Numbered from the stretch's first letter, positions 30,401 through 42,978 are shown. The stretch: DNA of 64,000 nucleotides from Eledone cirrhosa (GCA_964016885.1 OZ024759.1:8246001-8310000), one strand, 5' to 3'. Numbers and translations: made by a program. The notes: generated by a model from the letters alone, not told the origin.

Positions 30401-33400
30401 ATAGGCCTGTGTCAAAATACAGCATTGATACAGAATATCATAGACCTGTGACAAAATACAGCATCCAGACAGAATATCATAGGCCTGTGACAAAATACAG
30501 CATTGATACAGAATATCATAGGCCTGTGACAAAATACAGCATTGATACAGAATATCATAGACCTGTGACAAAATACAGCATTGATACAGAATATCATAGA
30601 CCTGTGACAAAATACAGCATTGATACAGAATATCATAGACCTGTGACAAAATACAGCATTAATACAGAATATCATAGACCTGTGACAATATATAGCATCC
30701 ATACAGAATATCATAGACCTGTGACAAAATACAGCATTGATACAGAATATCATAGGCCTGTGACAAAATACAGCATTGATACAGAATATCATAGGCCTGT
30801 GACAAAATACAGCATTGATACAGAATATCATAGACCTGTGACAAAATACAGCATTGATACAGAATATCATAGACCTGTGACAAAATACAGCATTGATACA
30901 GAATATCATAGACCTGTGACAAAATACAGCATTGATACAGAATATCATAGGCCTGTGACAAAATACAGCATTGATACAGAATATCATAGACCTGTGACAA
31001 AATACAGCATCCATACAGAATATCATAGACGTGTGATAAAATACAGCATTGATACAGAATATCATAGGCCTGTGACAAAATACAGCATTGATACAGAATA
31101 TCATAGACGTGTGACAAAATACAGCATTGATACAGAATATCATAGACCTGTGACAAAATACAGCATTGATACAGAATATCATAGGCCTGTGACAAAATAC
31201 AGCATTGATACAGAATATCATAGACCTGTGACAAAATACAGCATCCATACAAAATATCATAGGCCTGTGACAAAATACAGCATTGATACAGAATATCATA
31301 AACCTGTGACAAAATACAGCATTGATACAGAATATCATAGACCTGTGACAAAATACAGCATCCATACAGAATATCATCGGTCTCTGACAAAATACAGCAT
31401 TCACACAGAATATCATAGACCTGTGACAACATACAGCATTGATACAGAATATCATAGGCCTGTGACAAAATACAGCATTGATACAGAATATCATAGACCT
31501 GTGATAAAATACAGCATTGATACAGAATATCATAGACCTGTGACAAAATACAGCATTGATACAGAATATCATAGGCCTGTGACAAAATACAGCATTGATA
31601 CAGAATATCATAGACCTGTGACAAAATACAGCATTGATACAGAATATCATAGACCTGTGACAAAATACAGCATTGATACAGAATATCATAGACCTGTGAC
31701 AAAATACAGCATTGATATAGAATATCATAGACCTGTGACAAAATACAGCATTGATACAGAATATCATAGACCTGTGACAAAATACAGCATTGATACAGAA
31801 TATCATAGACGTGTGACAAAATACAGCATTGATACAGAATATCATAGACCTGTGACAAAATACAGCATTGATACAGAATATCATAGGCCTGTGACAAAAT
31901 ACAGCATTGATACAGAATATCATAGACGTGTGACAAAATACAGCATCCACACAGAATATCATAGACCTGTGACAACATACAACATTGATACAGAATATCA
32001 TAGACCTGTGACAAAATACAGCATTGATACAGAATATCATAGACCTGTGACAAAATACAGCATTGATACAGAATATCATAGGCCTGTGACAAAATACAGC
32101 ATTGATACAGAATATCATAGACCTGTGACAAAATACAACACTGATACAGAATATCATAGGCCTGTGACAAAATACAGCATTGATACAGAATATCATAGAC
32201 CTGTGACAAAATACAGCATTGATACAGAATATCATAGACCTGTGACAAAATACAGCATTGATACAGAATATCATAGACCTGTGACAAAATACAGCATCCA
32301 TACAGAATATCATAGACCTGTGACAAAATACAGCATCCATACAGAATATCATAGACGTGTGACAAAATACAGCATTGATACAGAATATCATAGACCTGTG
32401 ACAAAATACAGCATTGATACAGAATATCATAGGCCTGTGACAAAATACAGCATTGATACAGAATATCATAGACCTGTGACAAAATACAGCATCCATACAG
32501 AATATCATAGACGTGTGATAAAATACAGCATTGATACAGAATATCATAGGCCTGTGACAAAATACAGCATTGATACAGAATATCATAGGCCTGTGACAAA
32601 ATACAGCATTGATACAGAATATCATAGACCTGTGACAAAATACAGCATCCATACAGAATATCATAGACGTGTGATAAAATACAGCATTGATACAGAATAT
32701 CATAGGCCTGTGACAAAATACAGCATTGGTACAGAATATCATAGGCCTGTGACAAAATACAGCATTGATACAGAATATCATAGACGTGTGACAAAATACA
32801 GCATTGATACAGAATATCATAGACCTGTGACAAAATACAGCATTGATACAGAATATCATAGGCCTGTGACAAAATACAGCATTGATACAGAATATCATAG
32901 ACCTGTGACAAAATACAGCATCAATACAAAATATCATAGACCTGTGCAAAATACAGCATTGATACAGAATATCATAGACCTGTGACAAAATACAGCATTG
33001 ATACAGAATATCATAGGCCTGTGACAAAATACAGCATTGATACAGAATATCATAAACCTGTGACAAAATACAGCATTGATACAGAATATCATAGGTCTGT
33101 GACAAAATACAGCATCCATACAGAATATCATCGGTCTCTGACAAAATACAGCATCCACACAGAATATCATAGACCTGTGACAACATACAGCATTGATACA
33201 GAATATCATAGACCTGTGACAAAATACAGCATTGATACAGAATATCATAGACCTGTGACAAAATACAGCATTGATACAGAATATCATAGGCCTGTGACAA
33301 AATACAGCATTGATACAGAATATCATAGACCTGTGACAAAATACAGCATTGATACAGAATATCATAGACCTGTGACAAAATACAGCATTGATACAGAATA

Positions 33401-34521
33401 TCATAGACCTGTGACAAAATACAGCATTGATACAGAATATCATAGACCTGTGACAAAATACAGCATTGATACAGAATATCATAGACGTGTGACAAAATAC
33501 AGCATTGATACAGAATATCATAGACCTGTGACAAAATACAGCATTGATACAGAATATCATAGGCCTGTGACAAAATACAGCATTGATACAGAATATCATA
33601 GACGTGTGACAAAATACAGCATTGATACAGAATATCATAGACCTGTGACAAAATACAGCATTGATACAGAATATCATAGGCCTGTGACAAAATACAGCAT
33701 TGATACAGAATATCATAGACCTGTGACAAAATACAGCATCCATACAGAATATCATAGGCCTGTGACAAAATACAGCATTGATACAGAATATCATAAACCT
33801 GTGACAAAATACAGCATTGATACAGAATATCATAGGCCTGTGACAAAATACAGCATTGATACAGAATATCATAGGTCTGTGACAAAATACAGCATCCATA
33901 CAGAATATCATCGGTCTCTGACAAAATACAGCATCCACACAGAATATCATAGACCTGTGACAACATACAGCATTGATACAGAATATCATAGGCCTGTGAC
34001 AAAATACAGCATTGATACAGAATATCATAGACCTGTGACAAAATACAGCATTGATACAGAATATCATAGACGTGTGACAAAATACAGCATTGATACAGAA
34101 TATCATAGACCTGTGACAAAATACAGCATCCATACAGAATATCATAGGCCTGTGACAAAATACAGCATTGATACAGAATATTATAGACCTGTGACAAAAT
34201 ACAGCATCCATACAGAATATCATAGGCCTGTGACAAAATACAGCATTGATACAGAATATCATAGGCCTGTGACAAAATACAGCATTGATACAGAATATCA
34301 TAGGCCTGTGACAAAATACAGCACTGATACAGAATATCATAGAACTGTGACAAAATACAGCACTGATACAGAATATCATAGAACTGTGACAAAATACAGC
34401 ATTGATACAGAATATCACACGTGTACATCAAAAAAGTTCAAATTCTAACTAATATCAACTACATCTACTGCTATATATGACACACAGCCTACCATTGTAA
34501 AGACCTTATTGCCACGCCAAG
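24431..34521 (-). mobile_element. Tc1/mariner-superfamily element (decayed, 10.1 kb) enclosing the 39-bp satellite
   Basis: TIRs CTTGGCGTGGCAATAAAGTCTTTAGAA (24431-24457) and inverse TTGTAAAGACCTTATTGCCACGCCAAG (34495-34521), 25/27 identical. TA on both sides (24429-30, 34522-23). Minus-strand remnant QSPYSPNLNLCNRCLFKLLKQHL and C-terminal ...VVFNGDYV at ~24500-24780. Confidence 0.9.
24824..34417. repeat. 39-bp satellite (CATAGRCCTGTGACAAAATACAGCATTGATACAGAATAT), about 246 units, 9.6 kb
   Basis: Visible periodicity. Two 38-bp units at ~28928 and ~32944 shift the repeat ORF frames. Confidence 0.98.
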
Positions 34522-34676
34522 TATGTATGCGTGTGTGTGTGTTTGTGTGTAGAGAGAGAAAGTTAAGTGAATCTGAAGAAAACTGATGAGAGAATCAAAA
34601 TTAGCACTCGATGTAGAGCAGAGTGTAGACAATAAGAACAAAGTGGAGATGTTACACAGCAGACTTATTGCTCAAC

Positions 34677-34735
34677 CATGGTTAGAAATGTTTCCCAGGC
34701 AGCTGGTTCGTGATCTCGGGTCATCCCAGACCAGA
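34677..34735 (-). CDS. Candidate exon B' (WSGMTRDHEPAAWETFLTM, or LVWDDPRSRTSCLGNISNH in the alternative frame)
   Basis: CAG acceptor at 34737-34736 and donor ATG|GTTGAG. GxxR-x5-AWET matches recalled NPHP3 GLLRFQHLQAWET. Confidence 0.45.
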
Positions 34736-34737
34736 CT

Positions 34738-34835
34738 GTATGTATGTATGTATGTATGTATGTATGTATGTATGTATGTATGTATGTATGTATGTATGTA
34801 TGTATGTATGTATGTATGCATGTATGTATGTATAC
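34738..34835. repeat. (TATG)n microsatellite
   Basis: Direct inspection. Confidence 0.95.
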
Positions 34836-35491
34836 ATATGTCAGGTCACCAGTTGGTGCAACTGGTAACATGTATCCCAGTACAACCTGTTTCATGGTCG
34901 GGTCGTTGGCGACTAAACTGGCAACCCCACCAAGGTTTCTTGGTGAAGAGGGTGACTTTGGACATCTTGCAAGACTAAAAATAAAACCTGTCAAAGGGCA
35001 AAGGAGCTCTTAAGAGTCAATGGCCATCCAAAATCACCGGGAGAGATGAGCCCTTAGCCTTTGTCAAGGCAGAATTCTAGGAGAAGGATAACTCTGATAT
35101 AACACCTGCAACCCTGATGGTATCCAATGATGTTGATTTGTTCTTCTTTTTAGTAAATATCATCTTGGTTAAGAGAGTGGGACTGGCTTTGTGCAGTGCC
35201 TTTGCTCACTATAAAAGCTTCACGGCACAGGCATTGCTTTATATCTGGAGATCTCTCTACACTTGTCGTCACATGGTACCATGGGCCCAGCACTATGTGT
35301 CAATAATTGTCACAAGTGTAGTGTTTGTACCAGAGTTTTCAAGTCGCTGGCTGGACTAAAAAGTCACACTCGTTCAGCGCATCGGTAGGGGTTCTCCTAC
35401 ATGGATATAAAGTAGTGGCCGTACTCGAAAACGAGTTGGCAGCCACCACCATGTATGTATGTATGTATGTATGTATGTATGTATGTATGTA
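34836..35491 (+). mobile_element. Short RTE-derived non-autonomous element (5'UTR-like part fused to ORF 3' end and (TATG)n tail)
   Basis: HKCSVCTRVFKSLAGLKSHTRSAHR* (C2H2 finger typical of RTE/BovB-like C-termini) at ~35311-35388, short 3'UTR, (TATG)n on both sides. Confidence 0.55.
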
Positions 35492-35492
35492 T

Positions 35493-36180
35493 CTAGGGTG
35501 GGTAAAATTCCCGAGATCCATGGACAAGTTCTCTCCAGCGGTCTCTGTCCCTCATTATCGCTGCCATGTCCTGCATCTCCAACAGACCAGTGTCTGTCCT
35601 TAGGGCATCAACATATGTCAACCTTGGTCTTCCTCTTCCAGTGTGTCCATGTAGGGGCTCCCACAGGAGCACTGAGTGCAATGTCAACTCTGGATGTCGG
35701 TGAGCATGTCCAGCTAACCTCAGTCTCCTCTGTGTCACTCTCGAGCTGACTTTTGGGAGGCTCCCGTACAGATCTGAGTTCTTCATCCTCAGTGTATACT
35801 GATTAATGTTCAGAGCCATCCTCAGCATTCTCGTGTAGCACCCATCCACAATCTGAGTGAGTTTCTTGGTCAGTGTCCAAGTCTCAAACCCGTACAACAG
35901 CACAGACCCCACTACAGCAATGAAGAGACGGTCTTCAGGTCTTTATGAAGGTCCAACTTCCACACCGATCTCAAACTGTGGCACGCCACCCAGGCTTTGC
36001 TCTTCCTCGTGAACACATAATCTTCCGTTTTCCCAATCTTTGCTCCCAGATACAGGAAGTCCTCAACCAGTTCTAGCAGCTTCCCGCCTACATTAGTGAT
36101 CTTCTCTGGCTTCTTAATATTCTCTACCAGATACTTTGTCTTAATCTCATTCATTCTCAGCTCCACACTCATCAACACAC
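35493..36180 (-). mobile_element. RTE-clade LINE 3' fragment (frameshifted)
   Basis: VEDFLYLGA, SVLLYGFETWTLTK, RRLRLAGH, GRGRPRLTY motifs. Confidence 0.9.
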
Positions 36181-36279
36181 ACACACATATATATGTAGTA
36201 TATATGTATATATATGTAGTATATATATATCATCATCATCATCATCGTTTAATGTCTATCTTCCACACTAGCATATGTA

Positions 36280-36351
<72 letters not shown>

Positions 36352-36478
36352 AGATTTAAATGGATACAGTTCAGTAAAAGGAATTTATTGACACGTGTTT
36401 CAATAACAGTTATATAACCTGATAACAGCTGCTATCTACAAAGTATTAATTATGCAGACACTAACCTCAGTCTCCTCT

Positions 36479-36664
36479 GGGGTGGTGAATTGGCAGTATC
36501 GGTAGAGGGTCGGACGCCATGCTTTCCAGCATAGTTACGTCCCTTTACGATCTGAGTTCAAATCCCGCCGAGGTTGACTTTGCCTTTCATCCTTACGGGG
36601 TCGATAAAATAAAGTACCAGTAATGCACTGGATAATTGCTGGCCTTGTGCCTAAAGTAGAAACA
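36479..36664 (+). mobile_element. tRNA-type SINE, full length, 18-bp TSD, inserted in the inverted pLTR
   Basis: A-box-like TGGCAGTATCGG, B-box GAGTTCAAATC, central GACTTTGCCTTTCATCCTTACGGGGTCGATAAAAT domain. TSD ATTAATTATGCAGACACT at 36445-36462 and 36665-36682. Confidence 0.92.
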
Positions 36665-37345
36665 ATTAATTATGCAGACACTCAATATTTCAATGTTATT
36701 TTCAACTACCATTTCATCAGAATAATATCATTGAGAACTTGTTTGGTTTTTATAGAGAATATTAAGAGGGAGGAGTGAAGTTGTTAGAAGAATAGTTAAG
36801 GGAGTGGATAGAAATTTTTGATAGCAGTGGGTAATTAGATTCCCATCTGTTATTTTGTTAGTTGAGTTTGACATTTTTATAGAATATTCATTATTTGGCG
36901 TTGGCTGTATTGGTTATTTTTTAAAATCTATAGAAGGATTAGAGATAGTAAAGATATGCATGGTTGGTTTTGTGTTTGCACTTAATTCACATACAGACTT
37001 AAATTTTTCTTTCAAGTGTACGTATCCGTTCGCCCACACATAAATATATGCGTATATATACTTATTTTTAAAAAAAACATACACATTCACACACATATAT
37101 GTACACCTCTACAAATACATACACTCACATACACATACTTACATGCTCATACTTACATACATATATACCTGTACACACATATATATATATATATATATAT
37201 GTACATACATACGCATTCGTGTATATACACTTTCATACTCTACTTATCTTCATATACACACATATATATTACAACACCACGGATAATACTATATATTTAC
37301 CTCCTGTAAAGTTGAGCAACCCACTCAGCAAACGTAACCACAACA

Positions 37346-39726
37346 ATGGAAAAGCACTACCTGGATATGTCACTTAAAAGCATACCAACCGAAGGTAAAA
37401 AGGAATACTTATTGAGTATGATACAAAAAACAAATGAATTCATTCGACGTGTCAGGTGGAAAACGCTCCACTATGATAGAAGCCGTATGAACTCACCATC
37501 AGAAAGTGGTGTAAACAACAAATTTGGTTTTAGAACGTGTAAAAACCCACCCACTAACCCACTATTAGATGCATTTGAGCGGGACCTTATGGACTTAATC
37601 CTTAAAATTAAATTCAAAGGACGTAACACCAACAACAAACTGCAGAAAGATATTAAAAAACTACTGGACGACCTTAAAAACACCAAAGGAATTGTAGTAA
37701 AAGCGGACAAAACATCTAACCTGTATACTATGGACTGCACTACATATAACAACTTCATTCGAAAAGAATTACATAAAAAATATAGAAAAACGAGTGAAGT
37801 TACCGTTGAGCACATCAATGATGAGGCATGCGAAATAGTGAAAAATCTCGGAATCGAAGATAGGACAGGACCACTCTTACCGGCGGTACCCACCTTCAAT
37901 CTTAAGGACCATAAGGTAAACTTTGATAATGACCCTAAAATTAGATTAATCTGCCCCTCTAAATCAGATATAGGTAAAATAAGCAAATATATCTTAGATA
38001 GAATCATCCCCCAAATTAAGGCTAAGGTTAACATTAAACTCTGGGGGAAGACCCAAGAAGCAATAAGATGGTTTAATAACATTAGCAATAAGAATAAATC
38101 TAAGTTTATCCAGTTTGATATCGATGAATATTACTCATCGATATCACCTGAAACTCTGAATAGAGCCCTTGAGTTTGCTAAGGATAACTCTGACCTTACA
38201 AACGAAGAAATTAAGATTATATTAGAAGCTAGGAAAACTATAGTCAAATTTGAGAACAGTTATTGGGTTCGTAAAGATAGACCCTCCAACTTTGACATAA
38301 CAATGGGCTCTAACGATTCGGCGGAAATAACTGATATTGTGGGGTTATTTATCACCTTTAGACTCCAGGAAAAATTCAGTAATCTCCACGGTGGAATATA
38401 CCGCGATGATGCTCTCCTCCTAGTTAAATAACCTAAATAACCAAAAACTAGAAAAACTACGCAAAGATATAAGAAAACTACTACTTGAAATAGGACTAAC
38501 TATAACATATGAACACAACCTTAAAGTAGTTAACTTCCTGGATGTCACACTCAATTTAAACTCTGGTCTGATTAAACCATTTCATAAATTGAATGAAAAT
38601 CTCAAGTACGTGAATGTTGGGTCTAACCACCCCATCTCTATAATTAAATCTATCCCTAAAATTATTTCCCTTAGAATCTCGGGTCTATTGTCTAACATAC
38701 AAGTATTTAAGGAACACGCCGAGTACTACGATAACGCCCTTTGTAAAGCAGGCTACCTCAACAAAATAGAATATATAGATGAAAACAATCAAAACACCCA
38801 AAATAAATCCCACATAGGTAGAAATAATAACACAACACCAAACCACACTTACTACCATAGTGTACACACCAATAAACCAACAAACAAAACTAATAGAAAG
38901 CGATGCAAAGAGTACTTATGGTATAACCCTGAATACAATAGTTCCATTGGTACAAATTTTCCAGTACTCTTCTTTAAAATAGTTAAGAAACATTTTCCTA
39001 CATCACACAAATACCACAAAATCCTAAACCCTACCACTATAAGACTGTCATACTCTACAGCGTTAAACCTTGAACAACACATAAAAAAGATTAATACTAG
39101 AAGGTTAAATGAAAACACTAAGAACTTAAGTACAAAGAGCAAAAAAAAAAACAGTAGACAATACACTACAGAACATAAATAAACCACACCTAAGTTCGTC
39201 CGCAATACTACTCCAGAGTGAACCTAACTACAAAACCAACGTACACAACTGTAACTGCACCTATCCTGACAATTGCCCCCTCGGCAATAACTGCCTTGAA
39301 AAAAATATCATCTATAAGTGTAACATTGAATCCGGAGGCAACGAGTGGTATTACGTGGGATCAACGGCAACATCGTTTAAATCTCGATTATATAGGCATT
39401 CTTACTCAATAAAACACCAGAGCCAAAGAAATGTAACAACTTTAGCAGAAAAAGCTTGGACGCTCAGGGATAGCGATCAAAAGTTTACCCTAAAATGGGA
39501 GAAATTAGCTAAAACCCAAAGCTTTTCCAGGAGCCAAAATTTCTGCAAATTATGTAATCTTGAGATTTATTACATAATCACACACAAGAAGAAATTGCTT
39601 AATAACAGAATCGAACGAACATTATTCTGCCGTCACCGAACTAAAACCCTTTTTTCCCCACTACAAGCTGAATATTACATAAACGAGGGACATCCTCCCA
39701 ACTATACAAATCCTCAATCTAGTTAG
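37346..39726 (+). pseudogene. Penelope RT-GIY-YIG polyprotein, two frameshifts (~38430 and in the A-run at ~39145)
   Basis: KADKT, FIQFDIDEYYSSI, ITMGS, IYRDDAL, NFLDVTL, SNHP (RT); CNC..CPL..CL.KNIIYKC..YYVGST..FKSR..H..CKLCNLE..LLN (GIY-YIG). Confidence 0.92.
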
Positions 39727-40581
39727 AAAAATATAAAAACAATCTCTTCTCAACATATATATGTACTATTAATAACCTTAAATTACCACACTAATAATGG
39801 ATAAATATGCTGGTGAGAATAGGTGCGAATATGCTATAATGAATGTGTCTAAAAGCGACCATATGAATGTATATACGTGAAAATGTATATAAATAAGTAA
39901 ATAAGTGGGTGAGTGTATATATATATATATATGTTTGATGTGTATAATTAAATGTATGTGTATTCATGTATATGTGTATTTATATATATATATATATATA
40001 TATACACATGGACAAGAGTATGTATGTATATGTGTGTGTCTATATGTGTGTATATGAAGATAAGTAGAGTATGAAAGTGTATATACACGAATGCGTATGT
40101 ATGTACATATATATATATATATATATGTGTACAGGTATATATGTATGTAAGTATGAGCATGTAAGTATGTGTATGTGAGTGTATGTATTTGTAGAGGTGT
40201 ACATATATGTATGTGTGTGAATGTGTATGTTTTTTTTAAAAATAAGTATATATACGCATATATTTATGTGTGGGCGAACGGATACGTACACTTGAAAGAA
40301 AAATTTAAGTCTGTATGTTAATTAAGTGCAAACACAAAACCAACCATGCATATCTTTACTATCTCTAATCCTTCTATAGATTTTAAAAAATAATCAATAC
40401 AGCCAACGCCAAATAATGAATATTCTATAAAAATGTCAAACTCAACTAACAAAATAACAGATGGGAATCTAATTACCCACTGCTATCAAAAATTTCTATC
40501 CACTCCCTTAACTATTCTTCTAACAACTTCACTCCTCCCTCTTAATATTCTCTATAAAAACCAAACAAGTTCTCAATGATA

Positions 40582-40702
40582 TTATTCTGATGAAATGGTA
40601 GTTGAAAATAACATTGAAATATTGAGTGTCTGCATAATTAATACTTTGTAGATAGCAGCTGTTTTCAGGTTATATAACTGTTATTGAAACACGTGTCAAT
40701 AA
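40582..40702 (+). ncRNA. Type I hammerhead ribozyme with extended stem II (Penelope pLTR)
   Basis: ttatt-CTGATGA-aatggtagtt[72 nt]aactgttatt-GAAAC-ACGT-GTC^aataa. Palindromic stem III as in minimal PLE hammerheads. Predicted cleavage after C40697. Confidence 0.75.
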
Positions 40703-40845
40703 ATTCCTTTTACTGAACTATATCCATTTAAATCCTTCTATTTTCTCCGGATTACTTTTGAAACTACAACTGGAACCGTCGAGCAAACCCTACGTGAGCT
40801 GTCCATCTACTGTGTATAATATCCATATTACAACACCACGGATAA

Positions 40846-40941
<96 letters not shown>

Positions 40942-41042
40942 AAAAGAATGAAACGAAATTTCATTTCTCACTTTTAGTATGGCTGATACTTAAATGCAAG
41001 TATGTATGTAAACGTACATACCTATATGTATACAGACGTACA

Positions 41043-41078
<36 letters not shown>

Positions 41079-41119
41079 GGGATAACAGGTTATCGTTATA
41101 TATATATATGTATATATAT

Positions 41120-42394
41120 ATGGATATCGAAGCATGGCCTAGAATCAAAAGGCCTTAAAATTAACCTGTCTAAGACTAAAGTTCTAGTATGTAGGAAGGA
41201 AAATAGGGCACCGGTCCCATCTGGGAAATGGCCATGCTCAGTGTGTAGGAAAGGAGTAGGCAGAAACTCCATTTTATGTCCCAAATGCAAAGTATGGGTG
41301 CATAAAAGATGTAGTGGGATCACAGGTAAGCTAACTAAGAATATAGATTTTATATGTGGCCGGTGCTCTGGTGTAATAAGTAGCAGCAAGTGCCCACATA
41401 ATACTAGCTCATTCCATTGCACAGATGGTTCTATAGAGATAGTGGACACCTTCCGTTACCTGGGTGACAAAATCAGCAGTGGGGGAGGGTGCTCTGAAAG
41501 TACAGTAGCTAGAGTCAGAACGGGATGGAAAAAGCTCAGAGAGCTTATACGACTATTAGCCGCTAAAGGGTTTCTCTAAAAATGAAAGGCAGGCTGTACG
41601 ATGCCTGCATACGAACAGCAATGATACATGGCAGTGAGACCTGGGCATTGTGTGCAGAGGATATACGCAGACTAGAGAGGAACGAAGCTTGCATGCTCCG
41701 CTGGATGTGTAATAGTAATATACGTGAACGGCAAAGCATAAATGAACTAAGGGAAAAATTAGAAATAAGAGGGATTAGATGCTGTTTACTCGAGAGAAGA
41801 CTACGTTGGTATGGTCACGTGATGCGTATGAAAGACGACAGCTGTATAAACAAGTGCAGGGCGATCAAAATTGATGGTAGTTACGGAGTAGGTAGACCGA
41901 GAAAAACCTGGGACGACTTGATAAATTCCGACCTCACACACACCTCTCCAAGACAATGTCACTGGACCGAGATCTTTGGCGCTACGCAGTAATACAGAAG
42001 ACCCGCCTTGCCTAAGTACAAAGCGAAACCTAGTCAGTAGGTCCCTCTAACAAAAATACACCCCCGTCCCACTACCTCCACCCCATCCACACCACCCCTT
42101 TCAATGTAAAGTTATGTTGGTACCACAACATCCAGTTCAAACTAATGAGGTCGTGTACGTGTCATGACAAAAAAACACAGTCCACGCTGTAATGTGGCCG
42201 TGTAGGTAACACGGTAAAAACCTCCCAGTCCGCAGTGTAAACATGGTTGGTGTTAGGAAGGGCATCCAGCCGTAGAAAACCCGCCAGACAGTCCTATACA
42301 AGCAAGACAACCAATCTTGCCTCAAGTGGGAAAATTCCCGTCCAAACCCATGCTAGCGTGGAAGATATACGTTAAACGATGATGATGATGATGT
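41120..42394 (+). mobile_element. 5'-truncated RTE-clade LINE with PHD-like Cys-rich insert in the RT region
   Basis: GLKINLSKTK, WPCSVCRKGVGRNSILCPKCKVWVHKRCSG, FRYLG, HGSETW, RRLRWYGHV, GRPRKTW; one internal stop; (GAT)n tail. Confidence 0.93.
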
Positions 42395-42423
42395 ATATAT
42401 ATATATGTATATATATATATATA

Positions 42424-42908
42424 GGCATACGTCAAAACGGCCGGTCTCAAAAGTGAAACTAATTTTTGACAGTTACGTACACGTTATAAGAGTTATTTAA
42501 ATTTATATATATAAAATAAAGGAGCAAATAAGAGCATGATATGAAGTCAGTCATGTGTGTGTATATATGTGTGTGTGTGTGTGTAAACGAATGTAAAAGT
42601 ACACACACATATACACTTATATATGCACACACACACACTATAATATATACACGTGTGTGTGTATATATGTGTGTGTGTGTAAAATTCTAGGAAACCTTAT
42701 CTATGCCCTACATATATTCTTTTACATTCGTTTACACACACACACACATATATACACACACATATACACACACACACATGACTGACTTTATATCATGCTC
42801 TTATTTGTTCCTTTATTTTATATATAGAAATGTAAATAACTCTTATAACGTGTACGTAACTGTCAAAAATTAGTTTCACTTTTGAGACCGGCCGTTTTGA
42901 CGTATGCC
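42424..42908. mobile_element. Foldback/MITE-like element, TIRs about 175 bp, embedded in (TA)n
   Basis: GGCATACGTCAAAACGGCCGGTCTCAAAAG... is the exact inverse of ...CTTTTGAGACCGGCCGTTTTGACGTATGCC. Arms extend through microsatellite to GTAAACGAATGTAAAAG / CTTTTACATTCGTTTAC. Confidence 0.85.
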
Positions 42909-42939
42909 ATATATATATGTATATATATTAGAAATTTGG

Positions 42940-42978
42940 ATAACCAAAGATGTGGGTTCGACTCCCATATACGGCAAC
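42940..42978 (+). other. tRNA-like/SINE B-box fragment
   Basis: TGGGTTCGACTCCCA T-arm-like hairpin; no complete cloverleaf. Confidence 0.3.

Larger units (their letters stand above)
36355..40850 (+). mobile_element. Near-full-length Penelope-like element (probably Nematis-type) with inverted 5' pLTR
   Basis: 36355-37266 is the reverse complement of ~40040-40735. TATTACAACACCACGGATAATACTAT occurs at both the ORF-proximal start (~37267) and the 3' end (~40826). RT plus GIY-YIG ORF lies between. Confidence 0.93.

Noticed and set aside
24788-34448. ORFs over 1300 aa (TKYSIDTEYHRPV etc.)
   Set aside because: 39-bp unit is a multiple of 3; the array lies inside a dead mariner and is frameshifted by 38-bp units.
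34586-34737. Plus-strand exon reading (MRESKLALDVEQ...PWLEMFPRQL|gtatgt), and similar plus-strand readings at 16414, 17928 and 24279
   Set aside because: Individually plausible splice sites, but no recognisable homology or consistent chain. The minus-strand reading is better supported; not fully excluded.
42940-42978. tRNA gene
   Set aside because: Only a T-arm/B-box; no acceptor stem or D-arm can be built.
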